Shown piece by piece: positions 28,471-37,724 of a stretch of 64,000 bases of DNA. Both the position numbers and the translations under genes were made by a program. How positions within the stretch are numbered: the stretch's first letter is position 1; each line of letters begins with the position of its first letter. This DNA comes from an uncultured Candidatus Saccharibacteria bacterium (lineage in GTDB: Bacteria; Patescibacteriota; Minisyncoccia; Phycocordibacterales; Phycocordibacteraceae), in contig CAYNNZ010000003.1 in assembly GCA_964398815.1 (NCBI GenBank), forward strand, positions 6,676 to 70,675. The letters run 5' to 3'. A model generated the notes under the pieces. It had not been told where the DNA came from. It saw only the letters and a program-made list of their open reading frames with translations, and did no database searches.

Positions 28471-29757
28471 ATGCGCATTCTCATAACCGGCACCACGGCA
28501 AATTCGATGCCGCCGCCCTATGCAGGCGTACCGAAGCTTATCCTTGCCACGGCGCGTCTCTGGCGCGAGGCCGGGCACGAAGTCGCCATTACGTGGCGGT
28601 ATAAGCCGAAAGGAGCAGACGATTTGGGTGCGAACGCCACCTACTATTTCGAGTACAGCAGTAACACTCAGCCGGGCAAGCTCGCAAAGCTCGGCTTCCT
28701 TATCAAGTATTTCTTAAAGAATCCGTCGCTCTACTTTTCTTTACTGAAGAGCTATCGGTCTATTTGTCCTCGCGCGCCGCGTGAGGTGTATCTCTATTCC
28801 GCATACGGGGTGCATATCGATGAGGTGATGGAGGACTTCAAGCCGGATGTCGTACTCGGGGAGGCAGCACTCATCAAGTCGTTCATGGCATGCGAAGTGG
28901 CCAATCGTCGTGGCGTGCCTATTGCACTTGATGTGTATTCCGAAGTACGCGACTTCTCTATGGGCGTGAATCGCTTCCTCTCCGACCTCGAGCGCAAGCA
29001 CTACTGGATGGCGCTTCTCGGCAGGGCCGATCTCGTGCTCGGCATGGACAACTGTTCAGTGGAACTTCGTGCCTACGCGCGAGAGGGCACCCTCAAGGAA
29101 TTCTGGGACACGGGCGACTGGGAGTTTTTCAGTCAGCCCATATCCGAGACGCGCGAAGAGCTTCGGGCTCATTTCAATCTTCCTCAGGATATGTTCCTGA
29201 CGTCAGCCGTCGGTTCGTTCGAGCTTCGTAAGGGGCACGACCACCTTATTACTGCAGTCGCACGGCTCGTGCGGGAGGGTATCAATGCAGGAGCAGTTAT
29301 CTGCGGGGGGCAGGGCAATCGTGCGAAATGGCGCGAAGTAGCCAAGGAGGCGGGACTTCCTGAAGACCGGCTCTTTTTCTTCAGCAACATCAGCGAAATC
29401 GAACTCGTGAAGCTGCATCACACGGTGGACGTCTATACGAATCTCTCGAATTCGCCGCGCATGTGCGGGTTCGACCTTGCACTTGCTGAAGCCATGGCCG
29501 CTGGGCTTCCGGTGGTGGTCTACGACAATGGTGCACTTTATAAAGTCATCCAAGGCGAAAGCACAAATGGGTTCGTGGTGCCCATGAATGATATTCCTGC
29601 GGTAGCGGAAGCCCTCAAAAAACTTCACGCGAAAACTCACGAAGAGCGGCAGGCGATGGGGAAGATAAGTTCCGCATTTGCGGAGACCATAGACCTGCGC
29701 AAGACAACTGCAATAAAGGTCGGGTGGCTCAAGGAGCTGGTCGACGCAAGAAAATAG
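28471..29757 (+). CDS. Glycosyltransferase family 4
   Basis: …NLSNSPRMCGFDLALAEAMAAGLPVVVYDNGALYKVI… (GT1-fold C-domain). Confidence 0.6.
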   Translation: MRILITGTTANSMPPPYAGVPKLILATARLWREAGHEVAITWRYKPKGADDLGANATYYFEYSSNTQPGKLAKLGFLIKYFLKNPSLYFSLLKSYRSICPRAPREVYLYSAYGVHIDEVMEDFKPDVVLGEAALIKSFMACEVANRRGVPIALDVYSEVRDFSMGVNRFLSDLERKHYWMALLGRADLVLGMDNCSVELRAYAREGTLKEFWDTGDWEFFSQPISETREELRAHFNLPQDMFLTSAVGSFELRKGHDHLITAVARLVREGINAGAVICGGQGNRAKWREVAKEAGLPEDRLFFFSNISEIELVKLHHTVDVYTNLSNSPRMCGFDLALAEAMAAGLPVVVYDNGALYKVIQGESTNGFVVPMNDIPAVAEALKKLHAKTHEERQAMGKISSAFAETIDLRKTTAIKVGWLKELVDARK

Positions 29758-29758
29758 T

Positions 29759-30559
29759 ATGCCAAAGGCGCTTCTTTTCGATACACCGGCCTCATTGCCG
29801 TTCCCGCTCACTATTTCTCACTACCATGTCTTTGCAAGTGGCAGAGCAAGGGAGGGGCTTAAAGACGAGGCGCTCGATTCGCCGGAATCGTGGGATGCCC
29901 TTCGTGAGAGCGACCCCATGTTTTCAATTGCGCAGACGCGGGACGAATGGGTGCGCGTAAACGAGGAAGCGATACGCAAAGACGGACAGGACGAGCGGCT
30001 ACGCGAACGCGGGAAGGACATTGCCTCGCTTCTTTCACAGAAAGGAATCACGACACTATTCTCGACTGGTTCGGGAGGTGCAGGTCTTGAATATCACATC
30101 CTGAAGAATCTTTCGGGGCTCAAAGTGGTGTGCTCTGAATACGCGCCAAAATCTGTCGAACTACTCCGGAATGTATTCACGGAAGCTGAAGTGATTCAGC
30201 TCGATATTACTTCGACCGACTGGTCTTCGATAACAGCGCGTGCGGATGCGAACACGACGGTCTGCCTCATGTATCGGCTCGACGCAGGCTTCACTGATCG
30301 GCAGTGGAAGGATATCTTTGCATCGCTCGCGCGTGCGGGGGTGAAGCAGGTTCTCTATATTCCCACAGGCTTCCTCACGCTTCGCAGCCTTGTCTCGCGC
30401 CTCCGCCTCCGCCTCTCTTGGATGCTGTCTGGAACCCCCATGGTCTACGCGGGACACCTGCGCACTAAGGCAACATTTGAGACCTATTGGCAACGTCACT
30501 TTACTGCCACCGAGCATGTTGTAGGAGGTATGACCGGTTTCTGGCTTACTCGTAACTAG
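29759..30559 (+). CDS. Hypothetical protein, possible Rossmann-fold methyltransferase
   Basis: LFSTGSGGAGLEYHIL resembles SAM motif I; otherwise no clear family. Confidence 0.3.
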   Translation: MPKALLFDTPASLPFPLTISHYHVFASGRAREGLKDEALDSPESWDALRESDPMFSIAQTRDEWVRVNEEAIRKDGQDERLRERGKDIASLLSQKGITTLFSTGSGGAGLEYHILKNLSGLKVVCSEYAPKSVELLRNVFTEAEVIQLDITSTDWSSITARADANTTVCLMYRLDAGFTDRQWKDIFASLARAGVKQVLYIPTGFLTLRSLVSRLRLRLSWMLSGTPMVYAGHLRTKATFETYWQRHFTATEHVVGGMTGFWLTRN

Positions 30560-30576
30560 GTGCTATTCTCAACGTC

Positions 30577-31578
30577 ATGGCTAAACGCGCATTCATAACA
30601 GGTATTACCGGGCAGGACGGTGCATATCTCGCAAAGTTCTTGGTGGGGAAGGGCTATAAGGTATTTGGTGGATATCGAAGGAGCTCGACGCGCAACTTCT
30701 GGCGCCTGCATTACCTCGATGTAAAGAAGGATGTCGAGCTCATTCCAATGGACCTCATCGACCAGACCTCCATCATGGCAGCGCTTCGCACCGCAGAACC
30801 GGACGAGGTCTACAACCTCGCCGCACAGAGTTTCGTCGGCGTTTCGTTCGATGAAGCAATTGCGACAGGAGAGACGAGCGGCCTCGGTGTCACGCGCATG
30901 CTCGACTCCATTCGCTTCATGGCGCCGAAGGCCCGTTTTTATCAGGCCTCCACGTCGGAAATGTACGGCATGACGCCGGGTCCTCAGGACGAGAAGACCG
31001 TGTTTGCTCCACAGAGTCCGTACGCGGCTGCAAAGCTCTACGGCCACTGGGTAACCCAGAACTATCGCACGGGATACGATATGCATGCGTCGACCGGCAT
31101 TCTCTTTAATCACGAGTCGCCGATACGCGGCATCGAGTTCGTGACGAAGAAAATCAGCGATGGCGTCGCACGTATCAAGATGGGCTACATCCCGGAAATC
31201 TATCTCGGAAATATGGATGCAAAGCGCGACTGGGGATTTGCGGGCGACTACGTGGAAGCGATGTGGATGATGCTTCAACAGGGGAAACCGGATGATTATG
31301 TGATTGCTACCGGAGAGACGCATTCCGTCCGCGAGTTCGCAGAAGCAGCATTTGCGCATGTCGGTCTCGATTACAAGAAGTACGTGAAGCAGAAGCAGGA
31401 GTTCATGCGTCCGCTTGATGTGCCGCACCTGGAGGGCAATCCCGCCAAGGCCAAAGAGAAGCTTGGGTGGACACCAAAAGTTTCATTCAAAGAGCTCGTA
31501 GCAATGATGGTTGATGCTGATTTGGAGAAGTATCAGAATCCGACCAAGCACGCTGAGCAGTTTTTGAAGCATATATAA
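30577..31578 (+). CDS. gmd: GDP-mannose 4,6-dehydratase
   Basis: MAKRAFITGITGQDGAYLAKFLVGKGYKV… and ..YAAAKLYGHW..; near-canonical Gmd N-terminus and catalytic YxxxK. Confidence 0.85.
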   Translation: MAKRAFITGITGQDGAYLAKFLVGKGYKVFGGYRRSSTRNFWRLHYLDVKKDVELIPMDLIDQTSIMAALRTAEPDEVYNLAAQSFVGVSFDEAIATGETSGLGVTRMLDSIRFMAPKARFYQASTSEMYGMTPGPQDEKTVFAPQSPYAAAKLYGHWVTQNYRTGYDMHASTGILFNHESPIRGIEFVTKKISDGVARIKMGYIPEIYLGNMDAKRDWGFAGDYVEAMWMMLQQGKPDDYVIATGETHSVREFAEAAFAHVGLDYKKYVKQKQEFMRPLDVPHLEGNPAKAKEKLGWTPKVSFKELVAMMVDADLEKYQNPTKHAEQFLKHI

Positions 31579-31585
31579 AAGGAAA

Positions 31586-31626
31586 GGGCGCGTGCCGACT
31601 GGTATGTCGACCCGCGCCCCTTTTCC
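31586..31626 (+). terminator. Rho-independent terminator downstream of gmd
   Basis: GGGCGCG…CGCGCCC stem followed by CTTTTCCGTT. Confidence 0.55.
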
Positions 31627-31639
31627 GTTCTGGTGACGT

Positions 31640-32374
31640 CTAGACTGACGCCGGTTCCCGGCGCATGGCCAGGAAGTCGGCGATGCCGGTCTTCACGTAG
31701 GGCTCCTCACAGTCTTTGATGAACTCCTGCAGTCGGTCGGCCAGGTCAGTGGCCCTGTCCTTCGCCTCGTCGAAGTGCATCCACCCATCCTCGGCCCACT
31801 CCAGGCAGCCGCGCAGGTCATCGAGGACCGATTGCGGCTTCGGGTAGGTGGAGGTGGGGTTGTTGTAGCGGACTCCGGGCGGATTCGCCCGACCGAGCCA
31901 CTGGGGCTCGACCGCCGCGATATGCGGGTGGAACTGGCCGGAGCGGATGACGACGGCCGCCTCCATGTTGGCCAGCTTGTCGCCGTCCATGAGAGCCTTC
32001 TGGACCCAGGAACGCGTCTCCACGTTCTTGTCCCTGAACTCCATGTGCCGGGCGACCGCCTCGAGGACCGTCGCTCGCTGGGTTTCGTTGAAGTTGGTGA
32101 GGTCGAGGTAGCGTTCGAGCGTCGCCTGCACCAGCTCCGGCTCGACCTTGCGGTCCGCGGAGTGGATGAGGCCGGCCACGAAGGCCAGGCTTTCGCTCGC
32201 GTCCAGCACGCGGCTGCGGCACAGGTTGGCGGCGTAGAGGGCCACGAGCACATCGTGGTCCCAGAACCCGTGGCCGGCGTGCGGCCGTATCGACTTCAGG
32301 TCGTCTTCCTCAACCGCCCTGAAGAGGCGAGTGAAGCGCGCGTAGTACTGTTCAAGCACTTGGGATTTGGACAC
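31640..32374 (-). CDS. Hypothetical protein (possible HD-type metal-dependent hydrolase) in a GC-rich insert
   Basis: About 62-65% GC; GTG start preceded by the strong SD GAGAGGGA; …HAGHGFWDHDVLVALYA… is suggestive of an HD motif. No confident family. Confidence 0.45.
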   Translation of the reverse strand: MSKSQVLEQYYARFTRLFRAVEEDDLKSIRPHAGHGFWDHDVLVALYAANLCRSRVLDASESLAFVAGLIHSADRKVEPELVQATLERYLDLTNFNETQRATVLEAVARHMEFRDKNVETRSWVQKALMDGDKLANMEAAVVIRSGQFHPHIAAVEPQWLGRANPPGVRYNNPTSTYPKPQSVLDDLRGCLEWAEDGWMHFDEAKDRATDLADRLQEFIKDCEEPYVKTGIADFLAMRREPASV

Positions 32375-32482
32375 AGAGTCCCTCTCTTTCTTCGTATTTC
32401 TAGGTTAAGTCACCAGAATGGCAACGATCAAGTGGTTCTTATGCATAATACACTATTTTCGCAGTATGTCAAATATGGAAAG

Positions 32483-32516
32483 GCCCCGCGAGCGTGTGAC
32501 TCGGGGGCCTTTTGCC
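32483..32516. terminator. Bidirectional-looking terminator hairpin between the two GC-rich genes
   Basis: AGGCCCCGCGAGCGTGTGACTCGGGGGCCT followed by TTTTGCC on the + strand and TTTCCATATTT on the - strand; lies directly downstream of the SDR gene stop. Confidence 0.45.
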
Positions 32517-32532
32517 GTCCTTTCTGGCGGCA

Positions 32533-33273
32533 TTAGGGTTTGGGCGGCTCTTGCACCGCCTGGATGCTGTAGCCGCCGTCGACGGGGACCACGGCGCCGT
32601 TCATGAACGCGTTGTCGTGCACCATCCAGATGGCCTTCGCGATCTCGTGTGGCGTCGCCATCCGTTTCATGGGATTGACGGCCGCACAGGCGCTCACGGC
32701 CTTCCGGTCGTTGCCGAACGCGGCATGAAGGAAGGGGGTGTCCGTCTGGCCGGGGCACACGCAGTTCGCGCGGAACCCATGGTCAGCTCCATAGAGCGCG
32801 AGCGCTTTGGTGAAGTTGACCACCCAGGCCTTTGACGCCGAATACAGGATGGCGTCCTTGTCGGGAAGAAGCGCGACGTCCGAGCCGATAGTGACGATGC
32901 TACCGTTCGACTCGATGAGGAGCGACATAGCCGCTTCGCACGTCAGCCAGACACCGCGCATGTTCACGTCCGATAGACGTTCGAATTCAGAGACACTCGT
33001 CTTTTCGATCGGAGTCGCCGAGTGGACGCCGGCGCATGTGACCAAGAGGTCGAGACGTCCGCGCTCTTTTCGCACCCACTCGAAGAGGTTGTCGATGTCG
33101 TCAGGCGAGCTGACGTCACAGACGAACCGGTTGGTGTTCGGCTCGAAGTCGTACACGTCCCCATTCTTGTCGGCTTGGATGACATTCCACCCCTTACGCG
33201 CGAGCAGGCGAGTGATAGCGAGTCCGATGCCCGAGGCACCGCCAGTGATGACGGCTACTTTCTGAACTTTCAT
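32533..33273 (-). CDS. Short-chain dehydrogenase/reductase (SDR) family oxidoreductase, GC-rich
   Basis: MKVQKVAVITGGASGIGLAI…; catalytic YSASKAW; SD GGAG 8 nt upstream. Start at internal ATG 33273 of ORF 32533-33441. Confidence 0.75.
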   Translation of the reverse strand: MKVQKVAVITGGASGIGLAITRLLARKGWNVIQADKNGDVYDFEPNTNRFVCDVSSPDDIDNLFEWVRKERGRLDLLVTCAGVHSATPIEKTSVSEFERLSDVNMRGVWLTCEAAMSLLIESNGSIVTIGSDVALLPDKDAILYSASKAWVVNFTKALALYGADHGFRANCVCPGQTDTPFLHAAFGNDRKAVSACAAVNPMKRMATPHEIAKAIWMVHDNAFMNGAVVPVDGGYSIQAVQEPPKP

Positions 33274-33381
33274 GATTGAGCTCCAAAAAACTTTCAATAT
33301 ACGATACCATGGTAATATATAAATGTCAAACACTGACCCGCAACCTTTTACGTCTAATGTTGGTATGATGAGGGACAACCC

Positions 33382-34518
33382 ATGAAGCTCGTCTACCTGA
33401 CCGCCACCCGCATTCCGGATGACTGGGCGCATGTCCTCCAAATTCTCCAGATGTGCGAGGCCTTCTCGCTTGCGGGGGCAGAGGTTGAGCTCCTTGCGCC
33501 TCGCCGGAAGGCAATGATTGATGCGAACCCGTATGACTACGCGGGAGTCGTAAAGAATTTCAAAATAACGAAACTCCCATGTCTCGAGCTCTTTCCAGGG
33601 AGCGAGAGTAAATTCCTGTTCTATCTTCGGACCTTCTCATTCTTCGTCGCCGCAAAGCTCTATCTCGCATTCCAGAAGTACGATGTTCTCTACACGCGTG
33701 AGCATCTTGCGGGACTTTTCTTCAATAAATTCATATATGAAGTGCACTCGAAGCCGGATGCCGGGAAGGGAGTCTACGAGCGTCTCTGGAAACGCGCGAG
33801 AGGATTCGTCGTGCTCACCTCGTTCATGAAAGACACCTACGTAAAGTCGGGTCTTCCGGAAGAGCGCATCACGGTCGCACCTGATGGCGTGAAGCTCGAC
33901 GAATTCACGGTGAATGAGGCGCGCGATGAGGTGCGCAATCGCCTTTCGCTGCCAAAGGATAAATACCTCGTTGGGTACGTCGGAACGCTAAAGACCATGC
34001 AGATGGAGAAGGGTGTTGGACCAACCATTGAGGCGCTTGCCGCGCTTCCGGACGACGTGGAGTTTTACGTGGTAGGCGGCGAGCCGGCACATATTGAGGA
34101 ATATAAGCAACTCGCTGCGGTGAAGGGGGTGGGGAATCGCACGCACCTTATCGGAAAAGTCGCACATGACCTTGTGCCTCAGTACCTCGCAGCATTTGAT
34201 ATCGTGGTCGCGCCATTCCCAGACTTCGAGCACTACCGATACTTCATGTCGCCGCTCAAGATTTTCGAGTACATGGCCGCAGGGGTGCCGATGATCGTTA
34301 CGAATCTACCGTCGCTTCGGGAGGTTCTTACTGATGAAACAGCAAAGTTCATCCCTCCGGATGACGTGCCTGCGCTTGCGCAGGCAATCAAAGAACTTAA
34401 GGACCACCCTGAAGAGGCGCGTGCGCTTCGCCTCTCTGCTCGTCGTGATGCTGAAGAGCGCTTCAGCTGGGAGGCACGGGCGCGCGGTATACTCTCCTTC
34501 ATACAGGCCCGTGACTGA
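33382..34518 (+). CDS. Glycosyltransferase family 4
   Basis: …YLVGYVGTLKTMQMEKGV…FMSPLKIFEYMAAGVPMIVTNLPSLREVL (E-x7-E). GAGGG lies 8 nt upstream. Confidence 0.65.
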   Translation: MKLVYLTATRIPDDWAHVLQILQMCEAFSLAGAEVELLAPRRKAMIDANPYDYAGVVKNFKITKLPCLELFPGSESKFLFYLRTFSFFVAAKLYLAFQKYDVLYTREHLAGLFFNKFIYEVHSKPDAGKGVYERLWKRARGFVVLTSFMKDTYVKSGLPEERITVAPDGVKLDEFTVNEARDEVRNRLSLPKDKYLVGYVGTLKTMQMEKGVGPTIEALAALPDDVEFYVVGGEPAHIEEYKQLAAVKGVGNRTHLIGKVAHDLVPQYLAAFDIVVAPFPDFEHYRYFMSPLKIFEYMAAGVPMIVTNLPSLREVLTDETAKFIPPDDVPALAQAIKELKDHPEEARALRLSARRDAEERFSWEARARGILSFIQARD

Positions 34519-35212
34519 GATACTCATACCGACCTATAACGAAGCCGGCAATATCGCGAGCATCATCGCTCGCGTGCGCGAGGTCGTGCCTGAGGCCCGC
34601 ATTCGGGTCATCGACGATAACTCTCCGGACGGGACGGGAGATATCGTACGGGAATTCGCCGCAAAAGACTCGCAGGTGATGTTGCTTTCCCGGAGCGGAA
34701 AGGAAGGCCTCGGAAAGGCGTACCTTCATGGGTTTGCCGAAGCACTCAAGGACCCCAGCGTTACGCACATACTGATGATGGATGCAGATTTCTCTCATGA
34801 CCCTGAGTACATCCCGCAGTTGCTCGCAAAGTCAGCGGACCACGAACTGGTCACGGGCTCGCGCTATATTCCGGGAGGAGCGACCGAGGGATGGGAAGGG
34901 TGGCGTCGGTATCTCTCCACGGGAGGTAATGCCTACGTACGCGCGATTCTCGGCATTCCCGTGCACGACGTGACGGCAGGATTCAACCTGATTGCGACTG
35001 ATGCGCTGCGCCGGATTGATTTCGCGCGCCTCGATGCGTCTGGCTATGCGTTCCAGATTGAACTCAAGTATCTCCTGTGGAAGGCAGGAGCTCGTCCTGC
35101 AGAAGTGCCTATCCTTTTCAAAAATCGCAGGGAAGGAGAATCGAAGATTTCGAATCACATTATTGCCGAGGGACTCATCGCACCATGGAAACTTCTCTTC
35201 AAGAACCGATAG
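34511..35212 (+). CDS. GT2 polyprenyl-phosphate sugar synthase (Dpm1/ArnC/GtrB-like)
   Basis: …ILIPTYNEAGNIASII…RVIDDNSPDGTGDIV…MDADFSHDP (the DxD motif). Start uncertain: in-frame GTG 34511 overlaps the upstream stop; the ORF track frame begins at 34334. Confidence 0.7.
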   Translation: MTEILIPTYNEAGNIASIIARVREVVPEARIRVIDDNSPDGTGDIVREFAAKDSQVMLLSRSGKEGLGKAYLHGFAEALKDPSVTHILMMDADFSHDPEYIPQLLAKSADHELVTGSRYIPGGATEGWEGWRRYLSTGGNAYVRAILGIPVHDVTAGFNLIATDALRRIDFARLDASGYAFQIELKYLLWKAGARPAEVPILFKNRREGESKISNHIIAEGLIAPWKLLFKNR

Positions 35213-36054
35213 CCTGTCCAGTATGCGCGGCTGACGTCTCGCGGATATATCAGCGCAAGAACGGGTATGAGATAGTCGTGTGCGATGTCTGTCACGTGCG
35301 ATACGTGCACCCCATGCCTACTGCTCTTGAGGACCTCTACGCGGAGAACTACTTTGCGGGGGCGGATGAAGGATTCGGATATGTTGACTATGACGCCGAC
35401 AAAGAACCGATGGTGGGTGCGTTCAAGAAATACCTTCAGCACGTCCGCAAACTCTCACCCCAGGCAAAATCCTTGCTGGATGTCGGCGCTGCAACTGGAT
35501 TCTTCCTTGATATTGCACGCACAGACGGCTTTACGGTCGCGGGTGTCGAGATATCCGAGTTTGCTGCCCAGAAGGGGAGAGACAAGGGTATCGAGATGAC
35601 CACCGGCACGCTCGATCAAGTGTCCGGAACGTATGATGTTATCTCGATGCTCGACCTCATCGAGCATGTGACCGACCCTCGTGCGGAACTTAAGAAGGCG
35701 CACGCACTCTTGGCCGAACATGGCCTTCTCGTCATTAATACTCCTGATGCCGGGAGTCCGTATGCAAAACTGATGGGGCCGAAATGGCATTTGATTGTCC
35801 CGCCCGAGCACCTCTTTTACTTCGACAGGAAAAACATCGCGAACCTTCTTGCGCAGGAGGGGTTCAAGGTCGAGCTAACGACCACTATAGGCAAGAACTT
35901 CACGCTTCCGTATATATTCCGCACAGTACACGGCTGGCTCGGGTGGAGTGTCCTCTCGTGGTTCGCGAAGGTGGCGGGGTTGCCAGTCCTGCGCGATATC
36001 GCGCTCCCTATTAATCTGGGAGACAACATGTTCGTTATCGCGAGAAAGGTATGA
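35185..36054 (+). CDS. Class I SAM-dependent methyltransferase with an N-terminal Zn-ribbon (Methyltransf_23-like)
   Basis: CPVCAAD…CDVCHVRYV; motif I LLDVGAATGFFL; …VISMLDLIEHV. ATG 35185 overlaps the GT2 gene by 28 nt. Confidence 0.6.
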   Translation: METSLQEPIACPVCAADVSRIYQRKNGYEIVVCDVCHVRYVHPMPTALEDLYAENYFAGADEGFGYVDYDADKEPMVGAFKKYLQHVRKLSPQAKSLLDVGAATGFFLDIARTDGFTVAGVEISEFAAQKGRDKGIEMTTGTLDQVSGTYDVISMLDLIEHVTDPRAELKKAHALLAEHGLLVINTPDAGSPYAKLMGPKWHLIVPPEHLFYFDRKNIANLLAQEGFKVELTTTIGKNFTLPYIFRTVHGWLGWSVLSWFAKVAGLPVLRDIALPINLGDNMFVIARKV

Positions 36055-37724
36055 AGTCCAAGGTGACGAGTATCTTTATCGGCATTTGCGTCCTTCTTAT
36101 GGTCGCCCCGTGGGGTGTGTTGGCGGTGGTGAATCACGGATCGTTCACGGTCCCGCCTGAGCTTATGGACGATAGCGGGTACTACTACGCTCGCATGCAG
36201 GCAGTAGCAGATGGCCACCCCTTCATCGGTAACCCGTACTTCAAAGAGCACGCAGATGCGATGGCCTCTGCCTTCTTCGGTGCCGACTGGATTGCCAGCA
36301 TTCCACTCTTCCTGCATCTCCCGCTTGTTCCTGCGGCGCTTTTGAACCTTGCGCTTTCGACAGCGCTGTTCGTGGCGCTGTCACTGATGCTCCTGAGGCT
36401 TCTTGGGCTCTCGTCCAAATGGCAGATGGCAGGTGTGCTCGCGCTCCTCCTGACAGCGTACTGGTTCCTTCTGCGTCCAGTTGCGATGCAAGTAGTGTTC
36501 CCGTCCTTCCTTTTTTTCTTGCTCGGATATCTCACGTGGCTGCAGAACCCGGCGAGCAAGAAGCGGCTCGCACTCCTCGTCGTCTCAAGCGCGCTTACGT
36601 TCTATCTGTATACCTATCTGTGGCAGATAGTCACGATAGTCATCGGACTTACGCACGTAATGTTCCTCACACCCGCACGCAAACGGTATCTATCATTAGC
36701 TGTCGCTGACTTCGTAATAGCTTTCCTCATCGCACCAATAATTTGGTATACCTATCTACAACTTCAGAATCCCGACTACTGGGAGACGGTAACTCGTATC
36801 GGGTATATCGCGACCCACACGTTTGGCGCTGCAGCAGTACTGAATCTTGGACTTACTGTCATTGCTTTTCTTCTCGTACTGATTGCTGGTCGCAAGGTGC
36901 TTACGCGACCGAACAGTATGTTCTTCACGTTCACTGGTGCGGCGCTTGTTATCGCATCATTCAGCAATGTCATTACGGGCAAAGATCTCGAAACTGCCGT
37001 GCATATGGGTCGATTCGTTGAGTTATGGGGAGCACTCGCCGTATCTTGCGCTGCGTTCTATTTCGTTTCCGAAAAGGGCACTGACAGAAATGGCTCGATC
37101 GCACTTGTTGTTTCCGGCGCCCTGATGCTCCTGCTTCTGGGGAATCTCGTGAGTGTGCAGAATCGTTCGGATGAATATCTACGAGGCGAGTCATATCAGG
37201 AGGTGCTGACCTGGCTGAATGAAAACACTCCTCCTGGTTCTGTCGTGCTCGCTGACGATAAGTTGTCGTACTACATACCGGTCGCAACCCGCGACTTCGT
37301 TTTGTTCCAGCCCGATGGAGGTCTCTACCTCGTTCCCGATAGGGAAGTAGAGGACCGGTACCTCGCATCACGGATATTCTCGAATCTCACCAAAGACCAG
37401 CTGAAAGCGGACTTCAGGCTGTATGCGGGGGTAGGGAATGCCGTGCATCACTTCAAGGTCCATAATCGCGAGGTCGCACTATGTCGCGCGCTCCATCTTC
37501 CTCACTGTGGCGACATCATTCCTGATGCCGTCACGGACCGCGGCGAGGCCTATTTCGATGAGCTGTATATGAGGTACCAACTCATGAGTGCAGCAAAGAC
37601 AAGCACTCTCAAAGACTATGGGGTAGAGTACATTGTCAGCGCGACACCACTGATGGACCTCTCGCAGTTCACGCTCGTAAAAGTTAGCGGATTCTATATC
37701 TACCTCCTTACTCAGCCCACATGA
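36051..37724 (+). CDS. Polytopic membrane protein (about 12 TM plus a C-terminal soluble domain), candidate GT-C-type lipid-linked sugar transferase
   Basis: 557 aa. TM helices through about residue 370, then a hydrophilic about 180-aa domain. The ATGA overlap with the upstream methyltransferase and co-orientation with the GT2 gene suggest a Dpm1-like/ArnT-like pair. No motif-level proof. Confidence 0.4.
   Translation: MKSKVTSIFIGICVLLMVAPWGVLAVVNHGSFTVPPELMDDSGYYYARMQAVADGHPFIGNPYFKEHADAMASAFFGADWIASIPLFLHLPLVPAALLNLALSTALFVALSLMLLRLLGLSSKWQMAGVLALLLTAYWFLLRPVAMQVVFPSFLFFLLGYLTWLQNPASKKRLALLVVSSALTFYLYTYLWQIVTIVIGLTHVMFLTPARKRYLSLAVADFVIAFLIAPIIWYTYLQLQNPDYWETVTRIGYIATHTFGAAAVLNLGLTVIAFLLVLIAGRKVLTRPNSMFFTFTGAALVIASFSNVITGKDLETAVHMGRFVELWGALAVSCAAFYFVSEKGTDRNGSIALVVSGALMLLLLGNLVSVQNRSDEYLRGESYQEVLTWLNENTPPGSVVLADDKLSYYIPVATRDFVLFQPDGGLYLVPDREVEDRYLASRIFSNLTKDQLKADFRLYAGVGNAVHHFKVHNREVALCRALHLPHCGDIIPDAVTDRGEAYFDELYMRYQLMSAAKTSTLKDYGVEYIVSATPLMDLSQFTLVKVSGFYIYLLTQPT

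Noticed and set aside
31693-32536. Alternative-frame ORFs 31693-32253 (-), 31775-32536 (+), 31818-32222 (-)
   Set aside because: They overlap the GC-rich hypothetical gene 31640-32374. Their products are Pro/Arg/Gly/Ala low-complexity, typical high-GC frame artefacts. The chosen frame has an SD and more balanced composition.
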